Positions 50,145-60,171 of a stretch of 60,171 bases of DNA are shown here, one piece after another. Positions within the stretch are counted from its first letter, which is position 1. Each line of letters starts with the position of its first letter. The stretch is from Candidatus Methanoxibalbensis ujae (GTDB lineage Archaea; Halobacteriota; Syntropharchaeia; Alkanophagales; Methanospirareceae), in assembly GCA_026134085.1 (NCBI GenBank), contig JAOQIN010000001.1:85344-145514 (forward strand), given 5' to 3'. A program made the translations under genes and the position numbers. The notes below the pieces were generated by a model. It was not told the DNA's origin. It was given only the letters and a program-made list of their open reading frames with translations, and searched no databases.

Positions 50145-50618
50145 CTAAGCTCTCCTTCTTCTTATGAAGAAAAGAAGGACGAATATCGATGCTGCTGGTA
50201 TTGCTATCGTTGAGAACTCAGGGATTACTGTTGTCAGGACATTTGTATAAACGGCCTCCTCAACGGTCCAATGATTCCAAAGACCTTCAGCCTTCACATC
50301 ATGGTAGTAATCTCCGGGAGATGCATCGGATGCAACTGTGATGAACATGTCAACTGTTTTACTGCCCAAAGCGGGCAGATCAAAATCGTTATCGCTGAAT
50401 GTGTAGTTCCATCCAGATATCGGATTTGTGATGCTCAGATGCACTGTTTCGTCTATATCCACCTGACTTGTAACATTCACTTTATAGATTGCTGTCTCTC
50501 CGGGCAATACCTTATCATTTATCGGCGTTATATCAAGAGATATACCAGGATCCGCCTCCACGACAGATGCCGTTAAAGCAAATACAAACACAATACCTGC
50601 CAAAAATATTTTCTTCAT
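50145..50618 (-). CDS. Small PEF-CTERM (archaeosortase-sorted) surface protein with one NEW3/Ig-like domain
   Basis: Signal peptide; PGETAIYKVNV...ASDASPGDY; tail IPEFSTIAIPAASIFVLLFFIRRRRA. Confidence 0.88.
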   Translation of the reverse strand: MKKIFLAGIVFVFALTASVVEADPGISLDITPINDKVLPGETAIYKVNVTSQVDIDETVHLSITNPISGWNYTFSDNDFDLPALGSKTVDMFITVASDASPGDYYHDVKAEGLWNHWTVEEAVYTNVLTTVIPEFSTIAIPAASIFVLLFFIRRRRA

Positions 50619-50652
50619 CTTTTCTTTTTCACCCCCTTATGAGATTAAAACA

Positions 50653-53600
50653 TTATGAGATTAAAACAATTCCGGTGCAATATCCACTCGTCCTGAACCT
50701 CATTGAATCTGCATATACCCTGAACATCTTGTATCCTGATGCTTGTGGTATTGTGACTTCCAATGAAAGCTCAACTGTCTCACCTGATTTCAGATAAATT
50801 TTCTTATCGGTCCAGTTGAATTCAAAGTCCGCTCTGTATTCATCTGGAATTCCCGCATCGCTTATGTAAACATGAAGCTTGTCATCAAAGTTCTCATTGC
50901 TTATTATTTTTATCTGATAAACTTTGACATCTCCAGCACTTGCTGATAACATCATCGGGTCTATTGCAACAGTAAATCCTCCCTGCGGGAACACCACCGA
51001 GTAATCAACACTGGATTCTGCCGTGTTTCCTGCTTCATCCCGGGCTGTTATTGTCAGTGTGTATTCTCCTTCCGGTGTTCCCTCTGGAATGAATATGTCG
51101 CCTTCCCATGTGCTCCCTGTTTTTGTGAGGGTAACACCATCAGCAGTCACCGACGTGACGCCAACGTTATCTGTCGCTTCAACTGTCACATGGAATGATG
51201 AGTTCGGAATGTTTATGTATGTGTCAAGTGTCACTGATTCTATTATAGGCGGCTCTGTGTCAACTGCTGAAGTCACAGTGATATAATCTTCTTTTGTTTC
51301 TGTATCTGAATCTCCATCTGCTTCGTGAACTGTCAATGAGACCTTGTATGTTCCAGCCTCATCGTATGTATAAATCGGATTCTGCTCGTTACTGTCAACG
51401 ATTCCATCTCCATCAAAGTCCCATTCCCATGCAATAATTCCATCGTAAGATTGAGACAAATCGTTGAAATGAACTGTCAGCGGAGCAGATCCAGAAGTTT
51501 GATTCGTTGTGAAGTTTGCTTTCGGTTCTGTATCGTTGATTAAGACGTAGGTTATTGAAGGAGTTGAGTTTTGAATGCTGTCGTTAACTGTTAGCGTTAC
51601 GGTGTAGTTTCCTTCCTGTGCGTAGATATGTGCTATTGTTGATTGATCTGTAACAACTGAGCTCCCATCTCCAAAGTTCCAGTAATAAGTTAGAGGCATT
51701 CCCTCAGGGTCATAGCTTAATGATGCGTCAAATATGACTGGCTGACCTTCTATTCCTTGATACGGGCCGTTTGAATCCGCTATCGGTGGTTGATTTATTT
51801 CTATAGTTTCACTTATATCTGGGCTTCTTACCTCATCAATGTTGCCATCTCCGTCATAATCTATGCTCATCGTATAATTCGTAACATTTGGAACTATCTC
51901 AACCGATGCTTTTGTGGTTTCAGTTACGGAAATATTCTCAAACTTCGTTATCAAAATGTCATTTCCGACTGGTGAAATCCTTGTGAAGTTGAATGTGCCC
52001 GTGTCATAAGCGTCTATATCCACAGAATAAGTAAGGTCTGCTGGCAGGTAGAATATCTTTGTTTCGTTTGTTATGAGCATGCTCGCATTTGGTATTTCGT
52101 TTGTGCCATTGTCTGCGATTATTCTGCCGTATTGGTCGGTGATTGTGGCGTTTACGGGACACTGTATAGCTACTGTCTGTTTTTGGGCTATTATCGCAGA
52201 AGGCTCTGTTGTCAATATTTTCTCTATTTTGTCAGCTTTGATGTAGTATTCGTATTGTTTTTCCCCTTCTTGTTCTACTATTTTAATATCATCAATTATC
52301 CCCTCTACCTCAACAAGTGCTTTATAGGATATATCAACTGTTTGTTTTGGCTGAATGTGGATAATTAAAGAGCCGTATTGCATGGTGAAATCTTTGTTAA
52401 CCAAGTATAATGACTTAATGCGATCGCCCTCATTTGATTTTAGATACAACTCTTCTAAATTGGTATATTCGGGATCCACATCTATTTTTTCAACTTCGAA
52501 TTGATAGAATGTATACCACAGCATATTTTTCTTCTTAATTGTTCCTTCTATGTCTACAACAGCTCCTGCATATGCCCACAATTCTTCGCTGTTAGCATAT
52601 GCCTCAATGAAAGGAAACGTTTTATGTGAATTGCAGAAATTTTGATCTTGAGGTGAATTTGAAATTATTATCATCAAATCTGGTGAAAGCCAGTGTGGTG
52701 GTACCTTACCAATATCAATATATCCTCCAGTAGCTATTTGAATTAAAAGCTGGAGAATCATCCAAAGACTTTCTATTATTTTATAAAATCCATGAGTGTT
52801 CAAATAAACCCACCCACTGGTAACAAATTTTTTGTTTACAATATCGTCTGGATTCTCATTCAACTTTTCTGCTATTTCACCGATTGTTGTATGAGAAAAG
52901 TCAAAATCTAGTAAGTAATGTCTATAGGCAAATACTGAGACTCCAATATACCTGTCATCATCGATATTTTCTTCTAAATAGTTTTTAAGATTCTCGATTG
53001 TACCAAAATCAGATTCATAAAGCCATATTTTATCTCCTTCTTTGTAAGAGACATCAAGTATTTTCCCATCCCCTAAAGCTTCAAATTCATATTGTTTTAT
53101 CCATGCATCCGATACGTATTCTCCAATTCTTTTAAGATCGCTATTTTCTCTAATTTCTTGAAGAGCATCGTTTTCTTCTACTTCTTTCCAAGTACTAAGG
53201 TTGTATAAATACCCATAAGAGCCTAAGCCAATCATAACGTATCTATCATCGCCTAAAACTTCTAACCACTTTTCTAAAAACCTAACAAAATTATCTTTTG
53301 TCCCATCTTTATATACACTCCCATAATAGTACATTGGAATAAAAACATTGACGTATTTTATTAATTTATTTTTAACACAACTTCTATACGCTTCAAAGTC
53401 GATATACTCAGGTTGTTCGGCAGAAGATATTGGTAATCCATTAGCATTTAGGTATACTGTCTTAAGGAAACCTGCATAATGTTTCCAAAATTCTGGGTTG
53501 TCTTTCCAGTTATCTGCGAAATCATGTTTTTCATTGCATATGGGGCATTTAATCTTTCCTCGCACTATTTGGTATGCTATTGAATTGGGTGGTGTCACTT

Positions 53601-55974
53601 TTTCGTCGAAAAGTTGGGAAGGCTCCGCGTCAATATGAATGCCATCGAATTTGTTTGTAAACTTTTTATTATATTCTACAATCTTTTCTGTTTGACTTTT
53701 AGCTGAATTATAAACACCATTATCAGTAATATCAAATATGTTAGCTCCCGATTCCAAAATCATTGCGTGTACGTGTATATTGTTTTCATGAGCCAGTTTA
53801 ATAAAATTATTTACTTTGTCAGTATACTCCGAATCGACTATGAGATTGTCTATTTTAATACTTAAAAGGACAGTTTTAATTCCCATTTCTTTAAGATTAT
53901 CCACTACTTCTACATTATCCCTGGTTTCAATATCGTATAACCAGATTGCTGGAGCTTTAAAGACAGAGATGTCAATCTCACACGCATCCCCAACACCATC
54001 ACCATCTGAATCCGCTTGGTCTGGATTAGCAACAGTTGGGCAGTTATCACAAACATCTCCTAACCCATCGCCATCAGAATCTTCCTGGTCAGGGTTTGCT
54101 AAATTCGGGCAGTTATCTTCCTCATTAGGAATTCCATCACCATCTGAATCAGGTTTCGTAAACTTTAGTTTTATTTCATAGACATATTCATCTTGTTGAT
54201 CTTTCATACCTGCTTTTGGATCCCAGTCATATACCGTGTATACTTCATGTGGCTTAAAATCGGGGCATCCATCAGCACAAAAACAATGACATATTCCGCT
54301 TAAACTCTTTACATAGAATGTTAATTCTGAAATCCCTTCCAACGCTTTAGGATCTAATCCTATCATAATAGATTTCTCTTCCCCAGAAAGCCAGCTTTCA
54401 CTATAAAACTCTAGGACAGGGTCTTCAACGATTACTGTATAGCTTCCATAACCTGCCGAACATTCATCACCTGTCCAACAGTAATCATTCCAAGGCAAAT
54501 TTTCAGATTCCACCCATACACCCTCATACAAGATTCCCCATAAATATATGAATTTTGGGATAACTACTGAAATTTTCTGGAAGAAAGGAAAATACACATC
54601 CTCTCCCTCATTCTTTGCCACAATCACTATCCATGCCATCTCATTTTCATTAATTTCAACCTCAGAAGAAGGATCAAATTCCACACAATCATTAAGGTCC
54701 TTTAAATCCTCCGGTTTATTATAGCATAATAAGAATTTGGTAATCTTAGGTGAAGCAACCAATATGGATGCATCTGTACAAATTTCATAGCTACTTCCCT
54801 TATCTTTATCCACGAAAATGGGTTCCACTATTGTTTTTTGTGGCACTACAAATGGTACTGATACTTCACCCACTGATACATAGGGTTCATAATATTCTAC
54901 AATAATTTTATACTTCTCACCAAGATGAGAAGTTGGCCAGCTAGAAAATGATACCTTTCCTTGACAATCTGGATATCCCTTATACTCAAAATCCCACTTT
55001 TTATTATAACCGTCCCAACTATATACTTCTACTTCTAAGGGGATCTCACCTAAATTACACATCGGTGTTTTACAATCCTTAAAATAAACTGTAACATTCA
55101 AATTGCGTTTGTGTAATGTGGTAATAGTGACGTACTTTTGCTCTCCTTGAGCAACTACTATGTTCTCTGCACTTCCAATAAACATGTTATCCTTATAAGC
55201 TTCAGAGTGATAAATTCCTGCATCAAGATCCGTGAATGTGTATGTACCAGAACTCGGACTTAATCTTTTAATTTCATTCCAATTACTGTCATAGAGAATA
55301 GCAGTATCAGGAGCAATAATATTACCACCTGGATATTTAACCGTTATAGTAATTGAGCTTTTGGGAGGAGTTACATGAACTATAATCGGTATCACGTCAA
55401 ATCCCTGCTGATCCTGTTCTGTACTGGTTCCTGGAGCGGGATCTCTGTAATAATTTGCAGTATCCCAATTTTCATCTTCAGTAAAGTCTACAAGGGTAAA
55501 TCTGGCTTTTATAAGAAAGTCTCCCTCAGAGATTGCCTTGAATGTAACTCTCATCTCTTTTGATGTGCCTGACGGAAAAGAGCTGTAGGCTTCGAGCATT
55601 TCTTCTTTGGCTGGGAATTTACTACCATTCTTGTGCCATATGGAATTGTTTATATAGTATATCCTATCCTTAGAGCTCCAAGATGTGTTATCCACTATAT
55701 CTAATCCATCCTCGAAACTGACTGTTATATGAGACCAGCCCTGATCGTTCGGTGTCCCACCAGTATTCTTTGCAATAAATGTAACTGTGAAGGTATCGCC
55801 CTGGTTAACATTAATCTCCAGTGTGCTTGGAACAAGCTCGGGAGAAGGGTCTTCTGCACTTGCCACTCCAGTAATCATACAGATTAAAAATATTGCAAAT
55901 GATAATAACAGGCACAACCTCTTACAAACCGCAAAATTTTGATGGTATGGAGGAAGTAAGGTTAACCGACTCAT
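50653..55974 (-). CDS. 1773-aa secreted mosaic surface protein: Ig-like domains, TSP3 Ca-binding repeats, glycoside-hydrolase-like barrel, 2x PKD, C-terminal NEW3/Ig-like domain
   Basis: Signal peptide; DSDGDGxxDxCDNCP repeats; [18 protein letters not shown] and [12 protein letters not shown] motifs; no C-terminal TM anchor. Confidence 0.85.
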   Translation of the reverse strand: MSRLTLLPPYHQNFAVCKRLCLLLSFAIFLICMITGVASAEDPSPELVPSTLEINVNQGDTFTVTFIAKNTGGTPNDQGWSHITVSFEDGLDIVDNTSWSSKDRIYYINNSIWHKNGSKFPAKEEMLEAYSSFPSGTSKEMRVTFKAISEGDFLIKARFTLVDFTEDENWDTANYYRDPAPGTSTEQDQQGFDVIPIIVHVTPPKSSITITVKYPGGNIIAPDTAILYDSNWNEIKRLSPSSGTYTFTDLDAGIYHSEAYKDNMFIGSAENIVVAQGEQKYVTITTLHKRNLNVTVYFKDCKTPMCNLGEIPLEVEVYSWDGYNKKWDFEYKGYPDCQGKVSFSSWPTSHLGEKYKIIVEYYEPYVSVGEVSVPFVVPQKTIVEPIFVDKDKGSSYEICTDASILVASPKITKFLLCYNKPEDLKDLNDCVEFDPSSEVEINENEMAWIVIVAKNEGEDVYFPFFQKISVVIPKFIYLWGILYEGVWVESENLPWNDYCWTGDECSAGYGSYTVIVEDPVLEFYSESWLSGEEKSIMIGLDPKALEGISELTFYVKSLSGICHCFCADGCPDFKPHEVYTVYDWDPKAGMKDQQDEYVYEIKLKFTKPDSDGDGIPNEEDNCPNLANPDQEDSDGDGLGDVCDNCPTVANPDQADSDGDGVGDACEIDISVFKAPAIWLYDIETRDNVEVVDNLKEMGIKTVLLSIKIDNLIVDSEYTDKVNNFIKLAHENNIHVHAMILESGANIFDITDNGVYNSAKSQTEKIVEYNKKFTNKFDGIHIDAEPSQLFDEKVTPPNSIAYQIVRGKIKCPICNEKHDFADNWKDNPEFWKHYAGFLKTVYLNANGLPISSAEQPEYIDFEAYRSCVKNKLIKYVNVFIPMYYYGSVYKDGTKDNFVRFLEKWLEVLGDDRYVMIGLGSYGYLYNLSTWKEVEENDALQEIRENSDLKRIGEYVSDAWIKQYEFEALGDGKILDVSYKEGDKIWLYESDFGTIENLKNYLEENIDDDRYIGVSVFAYRHYLLDFDFSHTTIGEIAEKLNENPDDIVNKKFVTSGWVYLNTHGFYKIIESLWMILQLLIQIATGGYIDIGKVPPHWLSPDLMIIISNSPQDQNFCNSHKTFPFIEAYANSEELWAYAGAVVDIEGTIKKKNMLWYTFYQFEVEKIDVDPEYTNLEELYLKSNEGDRIKSLYLVNKDFTMQYGSLIIHIQPKQTVDISYKALVEVEGIIDDIKIVEQEGEKQYEYYIKADKIEKILTTEPSAIIAQKQTVAIQCPVNATITDQYGRIIADNGTNEIPNASMLITNETKIFYLPADLTYSVDIDAYDTGTFNFTRISPVGNDILITKFENISVTETTKASVEIVPNVTNYTMSIDYDGDGNIDEVRSPDISETIEINQPPIADSNGPYQGIEGQPVIFDASLSYDPEGMPLTYYWNFGDGSSVVTDQSTIAHIYAQEGNYTVTLTVNDSIQNSTPSITYVLINDTEPKANFTTNQTSGSAPLTVHFNDLSQSYDGIIAWEWDFDGDGIVDSNEQNPIYTYDEAGTYKVSLTVHEADGDSDTETKEDYITVTSAVDTEPPIIESVTLDTYINIPNSSFHVTVEATDNVGVTSVTADGVTLTKTGSTWEGDIFIPEGTPEGEYTLTITARDEAGNTAESSVDYSVVFPQGGFTVAIDPMMLSASAGDVKVYQIKIISNENFDDKLHVYISDAGIPDEYRADFEFNWTDKKIYLKSGETVELSLEVTIPQASGYKMFRVYADSMRFRTSGYCTGIVLIS

Positions 55975-55977
55975 TAT

Positions 55978-56148
55978 CTATCCCTCTAACTTACTTTGTG
56001 GTAAGATTAGCATTGCAGATCCTCCAGTGATACCCCATTCATCCCATCCCTCAACAGAAAACATCACTTCACCCTCTTTAGGATTGGCTAAAATCCCCCG
56101 AACTCCCTCACACTCTGCAGGACGCACCACCCATACCCCATCTGTCAT
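55978..56148 (-). CDS. 56-aa ORF (absent from the ORF track), possibly the remnant of a truncated gene
   Basis: GGAGGT SD; MTDGVWVVRPAECEG...QSKLEG*; stop lies 3 nt before the ATG of the 1773-aa gene. Confidence 0.4.
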   Translation of the reverse strand: MTDGVWVVRPAECEGVRGILANPKEGEVMFSVEGWDEWGITGGSAMLILPQSKLEG

Positions 56149-56226
56149 CTCATATACCTCCAGTTTAGTATGCCAGTATCAACTGAAGATATTCTCTTTT
56201 AAGATTTTCTATTTCTTTCGTATCAG

Positions 56227-56250
56227 AAAAACGAAATCCTTATATATGAT
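56227..56250 (+). repeat. 24-bp direct repeat, copy 2
   Basis: Identical to 46402-46425. Confidence 0.85.
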
Positions 56251-56379
56251 ATCGCTCTGTTATCATCTTCCCGCTGCAGGGCTCCATGCGTAATGGAGAT
56301 GCGCAATGACGGGTTATATTTAAAAACAAATGATAACAACGGAAAAACTTACAAAAAAGTGAAAAGTATGTGAAGTCAG

Positions 56380-57381
56380 ATGTTGAGCAGGTACATATAT
56401 AGAAAATCCGTCGCTGTCATAGTTGCTGTGTGTGTGCTTATCCTCATTTTTGCTTTATGCTGTTTTCCTCAACTTCCATTCATCTCTGAAGAGAGAACAA
56501 AGCAAATCCGAGTCGGTCTATCGTGGAGTCATGAAGCGCAGTTTGCTGGCTTATATTGGGCGGATAAGCATGGATATTATCGTGAGGAGGGGCTGGATGT
56601 TGAGTTTGTTCCGTATACGGGAGAAGATCTCGCGCGTGCGCTCGTCGATCAAAAGTATGATTTTGCGCTGTTGCAGACGGACACTCTTATTCTGGCCAGA
56701 GCCCGTGGATTGCGTGTGAAAGCGGTATTCGCAGATTATCAGCTGCTGCCGACATGTTTCTTCTCAAAAAAGCATGCCAACATCACAAAGCCCGAGCATT
56801 TGATCGGAAAGACGGTTGGAGTTACCTATTCAGAGCGCTATCCTCTTCTCGCAATGCTCATGAAAAAGGGCATAAACCCCAGTTATGTTAAAATTGTTGA
56901 GCGTGACCCATCACTCGGATACAGTGCGCTGGCTGATGGTTCGCTTGATGTTGAGGCTGGATGGATAACTGACGGTGAAACCGTGCGTGCGGCAGTTGGA
57001 GAATACAATGTGATATACTGCTATGATTACGGCGTGAACTGGTATGCAGACATCATTGCCACGACGGACGATATGATAACACATGACAGAGAAACAGTTG
57101 AGAAATTCGTCAGCGCAACAGCGAGAGGATGGAGAGATGCAATAGCAAATGCTGATGAAGCAGCATTGCTGGCTGAGGAATACGAAAGCTCACTCAATGA
57201 ATCGCATCTGAAACATGTGCTCGAGTGCAGTATCCCTCTCATTTTCATTGGCGACAGACCACTCGGCTGGATGGATGAATCTGCCTTCCGCAACGCACAG
57301 GAAATACTTGTGAAACTCGGCACTCTCCAGAAACAAATTGATGTGAACACTTTGTTCACAACTGAGTTCATCAAAATATGA
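56380..57381 (+). CDS. NMT1/THI5 (SsuA-like) substrate-binding protein, N-terminally anchored
   Basis: WSHEAQFAGLYWADKHGYYREEGLDV, LIGKTVG, YGVNWYAD. Confidence 0.88.
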   Translation: MLSRYIYRKSVAVIVAVCVLILIFALCCFPQLPFISEERTKQIRVGLSWSHEAQFAGLYWADKHGYYREEGLDVEFVPYTGEDLARALVDQKYDFALLQTDTLILARARGLRVKAVFADYQLLPTCFFSKKHANITKPEHLIGKTVGVTYSERYPLLAMLMKKGINPSYVKIVERDPSLGYSALADGSLDVEAGWITDGETVRAAVGEYNVIYCYDYGVNWYADIIATTDDMITHDRETVEKFVSATARGWRDAIANADEAALLAEEYESSLNESHLKHVLECSIPLIFIGDRPLGWMDESAFRNAQEILVKLGTLQKQIDVNTLFTTEFIKI

Positions 57382-57559
57382 TTGTTTGTGGTTGTGATCG
57401 TCAAAATAAATGAAAAAATAGATGAACAGATAAAAAGCAAAATAAAGCAAAATAAAACAAAATAAAGCAGACAAAACGAAACTGAACAAAAAGAACAAAA
57501 CAGAGTAAAACAAAACAGCAAAAACAAACAAAAAGAAAAATGGAAAAAGTGAGTAAAAC

Positions 57560-59437
57560 ATGGGTAAAAGAAAGAGCATAACAACGACTTTTGTGATTTT
57601 TATTGTTCTGATAACGGTGATACCTCTCACAGCAATCAGCAGTATGCTTTTTTATCAGAGCAAAGAGGTTATAAAATCGCAAATATTTGATCATATATCA
57701 GCGATCACACTTCTAAAGGAGCATAAGATAAATCTGTGGATATCCTGTTGCGAGCATGCTGTTGAAACACTTGCGAGATTTCCTGAAATTCGTGAAAACA
57801 TGATGAAATTATTAAACAACACAGATAAAGAAGCTCGGGCAGCAATTCTTAAACACTTTAACAACATGATAGGGAGAGATTTTACAGAAATTTTCATAAT
57901 TGATGCGCGCACTGGAGAGGTATTGCTGTCAACAGATGCGAGTCAGGAGGGTAAAATAAAATCAAACCGTGTTTATTTTGCTGAGGGAAAGATGCATACA
58001 ATGGTGACACCGGTATATCATTCCATATCTCACGGAGTTCCAACGATGCTCGTCGCAACACCCATATATAACTGCAGCGGTGCTGGCGGGGTGACAGGAG
58101 TGCTCGTGGGCAGGCTCAATCTCACTCGGATAAATGATATCATGAAGGAGCCTTCTGGATTGGGCCATACAGGCGAGACATATCTTGTGAACGCATATCA
58201 CTTCTTCATAACGGATCCGAGATATGAACCTGGAAGTGCGCTGAGGAAAACTGTTTTCTCTGAGGGAGTGAGAGAGGCACTGACGAAGAGGACGAGCGGA
58301 GTGGGTCTGTATGAGAACTACAAAAACATCCCTGTCATAGGCGCTTACCGTTACATACCGAGCATAAATGCCTGCATAATTTCTGAAATAGCTCAGGAAG
58401 AAGCATTTTCGTGCATTGATATGCTCGGATTGTATGCATTTTCCACATGTTTTGCGATATTATTATTCTCACTTTCGCTGGGATTTGTGTTCATGCAGCG
58501 CTTCACCAGACCTCTGAAGCAATTGAGTGAGGGTGCTGTGCGTGTTGGTCGCGGAGATCTTGATTTTCACATGGACATAAAGCGTGATGATGAGATAGGA
58601 ACGCTCGTGTCGTGCTTCAACAATATGGTGCGTGATCTGAAAAGGTCGCGTGATGAGCTCGAGGAATACAGCAGAACACTTGAGCGCAAAGTTGAGGAGA
58701 AGGTGAAGGAGCTTGAGGAGACACAGCGTCGCATGAGCAATTCTGAAAGACTGGCGGCGCTCGGCAGGCTCTCATCATCCATCGCACATGAGATAAACAA
58801 CCCGCTCGGTGGAATCAAAAACTGCCTTTTCATCATTGAAAAGTTCGTTTCAGAAGAGGGTAAAAAATATTTGAAACTCGCAGAAAATGAAATAGAACGA
58901 ATTTCAACAATTATCCGGAGACTCTCAGACATATATCGCCCGACAGCAGATGTGAAAATGCCCGTTAATGTGAATATATTGCTTGAGGATGTTGTTGAAC
59001 TGCTTGAAAAGGAAATGAGGGAAAAAGGGATAGAGGTCAGATGTGATTTTGACGAAACACCAAATATACTTGCATCCGCCGGGAAATTGAAGCAGGTATT
59101 TCTCAATATTATACTTAATGCCATAGATGCGATGCCAAATGGCGGTAAATTAGAGATAAAAACATTTGCGGATGATTATAATGTGGTTGTGGAAATATCG
59201 GATACAGGTATAGGAATACCAGAAGAGAACATAGGGAGGATATTTGAGCCTTTCTTCACGACTAAAGAAAAGGGCAGCGGACTTGGTCTCTCCGTTTCTT
59301 ACGGCATAATACATGAGCATGACGGAGATATACGCGTCAGCAGCAAAGTTGGAAAGGGCACCAGATTCATCATAACTCTGCCAGCACAGCGAAACAAAAA
59401 GCATGGTGACTGTGATCGTGGTGCTGTTTTGAGGTGA
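57560..59437 (+). CDS. Membrane sensor histidine kinase (Cache-HAMP-HisKA-HATPase)
   Basis: Two TMs, GHTGETYLV Cache motif, HAMP DEIGTL..FNNM, H-box IAHEINNPL, QVFLNIILNAIDA, DTGIG, GSGLGL. Confidence 0.93.
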   Translation: MGKRKSITTTFVIFIVLITVIPLTAISSMLFYQSKEVIKSQIFDHISAITLLKEHKINLWISCCEHAVETLARFPEIRENMMKLLNNTDKEARAAILKHFNNMIGRDFTEIFIIDARTGEVLLSTDASQEGKIKSNRVYFAEGKMHTMVTPVYHSISHGVPTMLVATPIYNCSGAGGVTGVLVGRLNLTRINDIMKEPSGLGHTGETYLVNAYHFFITDPRYEPGSALRKTVFSEGVREALTKRTSGVGLYENYKNIPVIGAYRYIPSINACIISEIAQEEAFSCIDMLGLYAFSTCFAILLFSLSLGFVFMQRFTRPLKQLSEGAVRVGRGDLDFHMDIKRDDEIGTLVSCFNNMVRDLKRSRDELEEYSRTLERKVEEKVKELEETQRRMSNSERLAALGRLSSSIAHEINNPLGGIKNCLFIIEKFVSEEGKKYLKLAENEIERISTIIRRLSDIYRPTADVKMPVNVNILLEDVVELLEKEMREKGIEVRCDFDETPNILASAGKLKQVFLNIILNAIDAMPNGGKLEIKTFADDYNVVVEISDTGIGIPEENIGRIFEPFFTTKEKGSGLGLSVSYGIIHEHDGDIRVSSKVGKGTRFIITLPAQRNKKHGDCDRGAVLR

Positions 59438-59504
59438 TGTTTTGTGTGTGGCGGAGTTCAGATAGATGTCTTAGGATATGTGATTGTTGAGAATCATGTT
59501 CATC

Positions 59505-59545
59505 TAACCCCCTCAAGGAGACCCCATCCGAGAGGGTGGGGAGAA
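59505..59545 (+). mobile_element. IS200/IS605-type left-end hairpin
   Basis: CCCCATCC-GAGA-GGGTGGGG stem-loop at 59522-59541, followed by TATATAAA and the tnpB-like ATG. Confidence 0.6.
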
Positions 59546-59581
59546 AGGGTATATAAATATATTCTTTCCGAAAATATAATC

Positions 59582-60171
59582 ATGGAGGTTGCTAAAAGCA
59601 TAACGGTGAAGGTTTCAGAGAAGGTCAACAAGGATAAATTTCTTTCTTTGAGGAATTTCTTCACCACATATCAAACCATAGCAGGATTTTACTACTCTTA
59701 CATTCTTGAAAATTCTCTGGAAGAGAAACTCTGCTCTGGAGAAATATCCGCTAAGGATTTGAAAAACATTCTGCATAAAAAACTTTACAGACAAATTAGA
59801 GAAACTTTTGATGTTTGTTCTCAAACTGTTCAAGAGATTAGAGATGTAGTTGTGGAAGCTATTAACTCATATGCTCAACTGATCAGAAGGGGTAGAAAAG
59901 CATCTTTGCCAGGAGTTGAGGAATTTACTGTAAGGCTCAATCATCCTCGTGTAGTAAGCGTTTTTGAACATGGTAAATTTGACTTCTTCTTCAAAGTAAA
60001 AGTTAATGGGGATAAGAGGATCGCAATTCCTATTGAATGTGGGGAAATTCAAAAAGGATTGCTTGAAGATACTTTGAACGGAAAGTATAAAATTGGTGCT
60101 TTTCAGTTGGTCAGAAGAGATGGTCGGTTTTACTTCGTTATTCCTATCAAAAAAGAGGTTGAAATCAAGCA
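59582..60171 (+). CDS. tnpB: TnpB/Cas12f-like RNA-guided nuclease, N-terminal 196 codons (runs off the window; absent from the ORF track)
   Basis: Open frame MEVAKSITVKV...LHKKLYRQIRETF..SQTVQE..KASLP..RIAIPI..YKIGAFQLVRRDGRFYFVIPIKKEV, typical of the pre-RuvC region; RuvC motifs not visible. Confidence 0.72.
   Translation, partial: MEVAKSITVKVSEKVNKDKFLSLRNFFTTYQTIAGFYYSYILENSLEEKLCSGEISAKDLKNILHKKLYRQIRETFDVCSQTVQEIRDVVVEAINSYAQLIRRGRKASLPGVEEFTVRLNHPRVVSVFEHGKFDFFFKVKVNGDKRIAIPIECGEIQKGLLEDTLNGKYKIGAFQLVRRDGRFYFVIPIKKEVEIK

Noticed and set aside
45420..50618. Diversity-generating retroelement TR/VR pair
   Set aside because: No reverse transcriptase is present, and the differences between the tails include indels and are not adenine-specific.
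57027..57694. Phe/Leu-rich minus-strand 'membrane protein' ORFs
   Set aside because: Artefacts of the A-rich low-complexity spacer; they overlap the SBP and kinase genes on the opposite strand.
59435..59437. TGA read-through (selenocysteine) fusing the kinase to TnpB
   Set aside because: The kinase is complete before the stop, there is no selenoprotein context, and the nearby hairpin is better explained as an IS end.

Overview
Archaeal chromosomal window from an H4MPT/F420-using member of the Halobacteriota, either a methanogen or an anaerobic methane/alkane oxidiser. The lineage is inferred from mtd, methanogenesis marker 16, a ferredoxin-MvhD fusion, thermosome plus DnaK, PEF-CTERM proteins and GGAGGTGA Shine-Dalgarno (SD) sites. 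Bases 1-19.7 kb and 32.9-45 kb are mostly housekeeping: tRNA(CAT), speB, mscS, an AsnB-Dph6 fusion, secD, pyrG, larA, dnaK, thermosome, cobQ, mtd, guaA, moaA, rubredoxin-fprA, archease and trpC. Bases 21.6-32.6 kb hold an archaellum cluster (arlB-C/D/E-G-F-H-I-J) with no che genes in the window. It is flanked by an unannotated 46-aa zinc finger, a divergent wHTH regulator, two very acidic ORFs and a REC-HEAT-HTH protein. Bases ~45-56.3 kb form an accessory island containing an IS630 remnant, two paralogous PEF-CTERM genes (one frameshifted), an MNT-HEPN toxin-antitoxin pair, and a CopG-like plus Cdc6/Orc1 cassette bracketed by five ORB-like repeats (including a perfect 40-bp inverted pair). 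The island also encodes a 1773-aa mosaic surface protein, and a perfect 24-bp direct repeat spans most of it. The window ends with a solute-binding protein plus sensor kinase and the 5' part of an IS200/IS605 TnpB-like element. All calls come from reading motifs by eye; no database searches were run.
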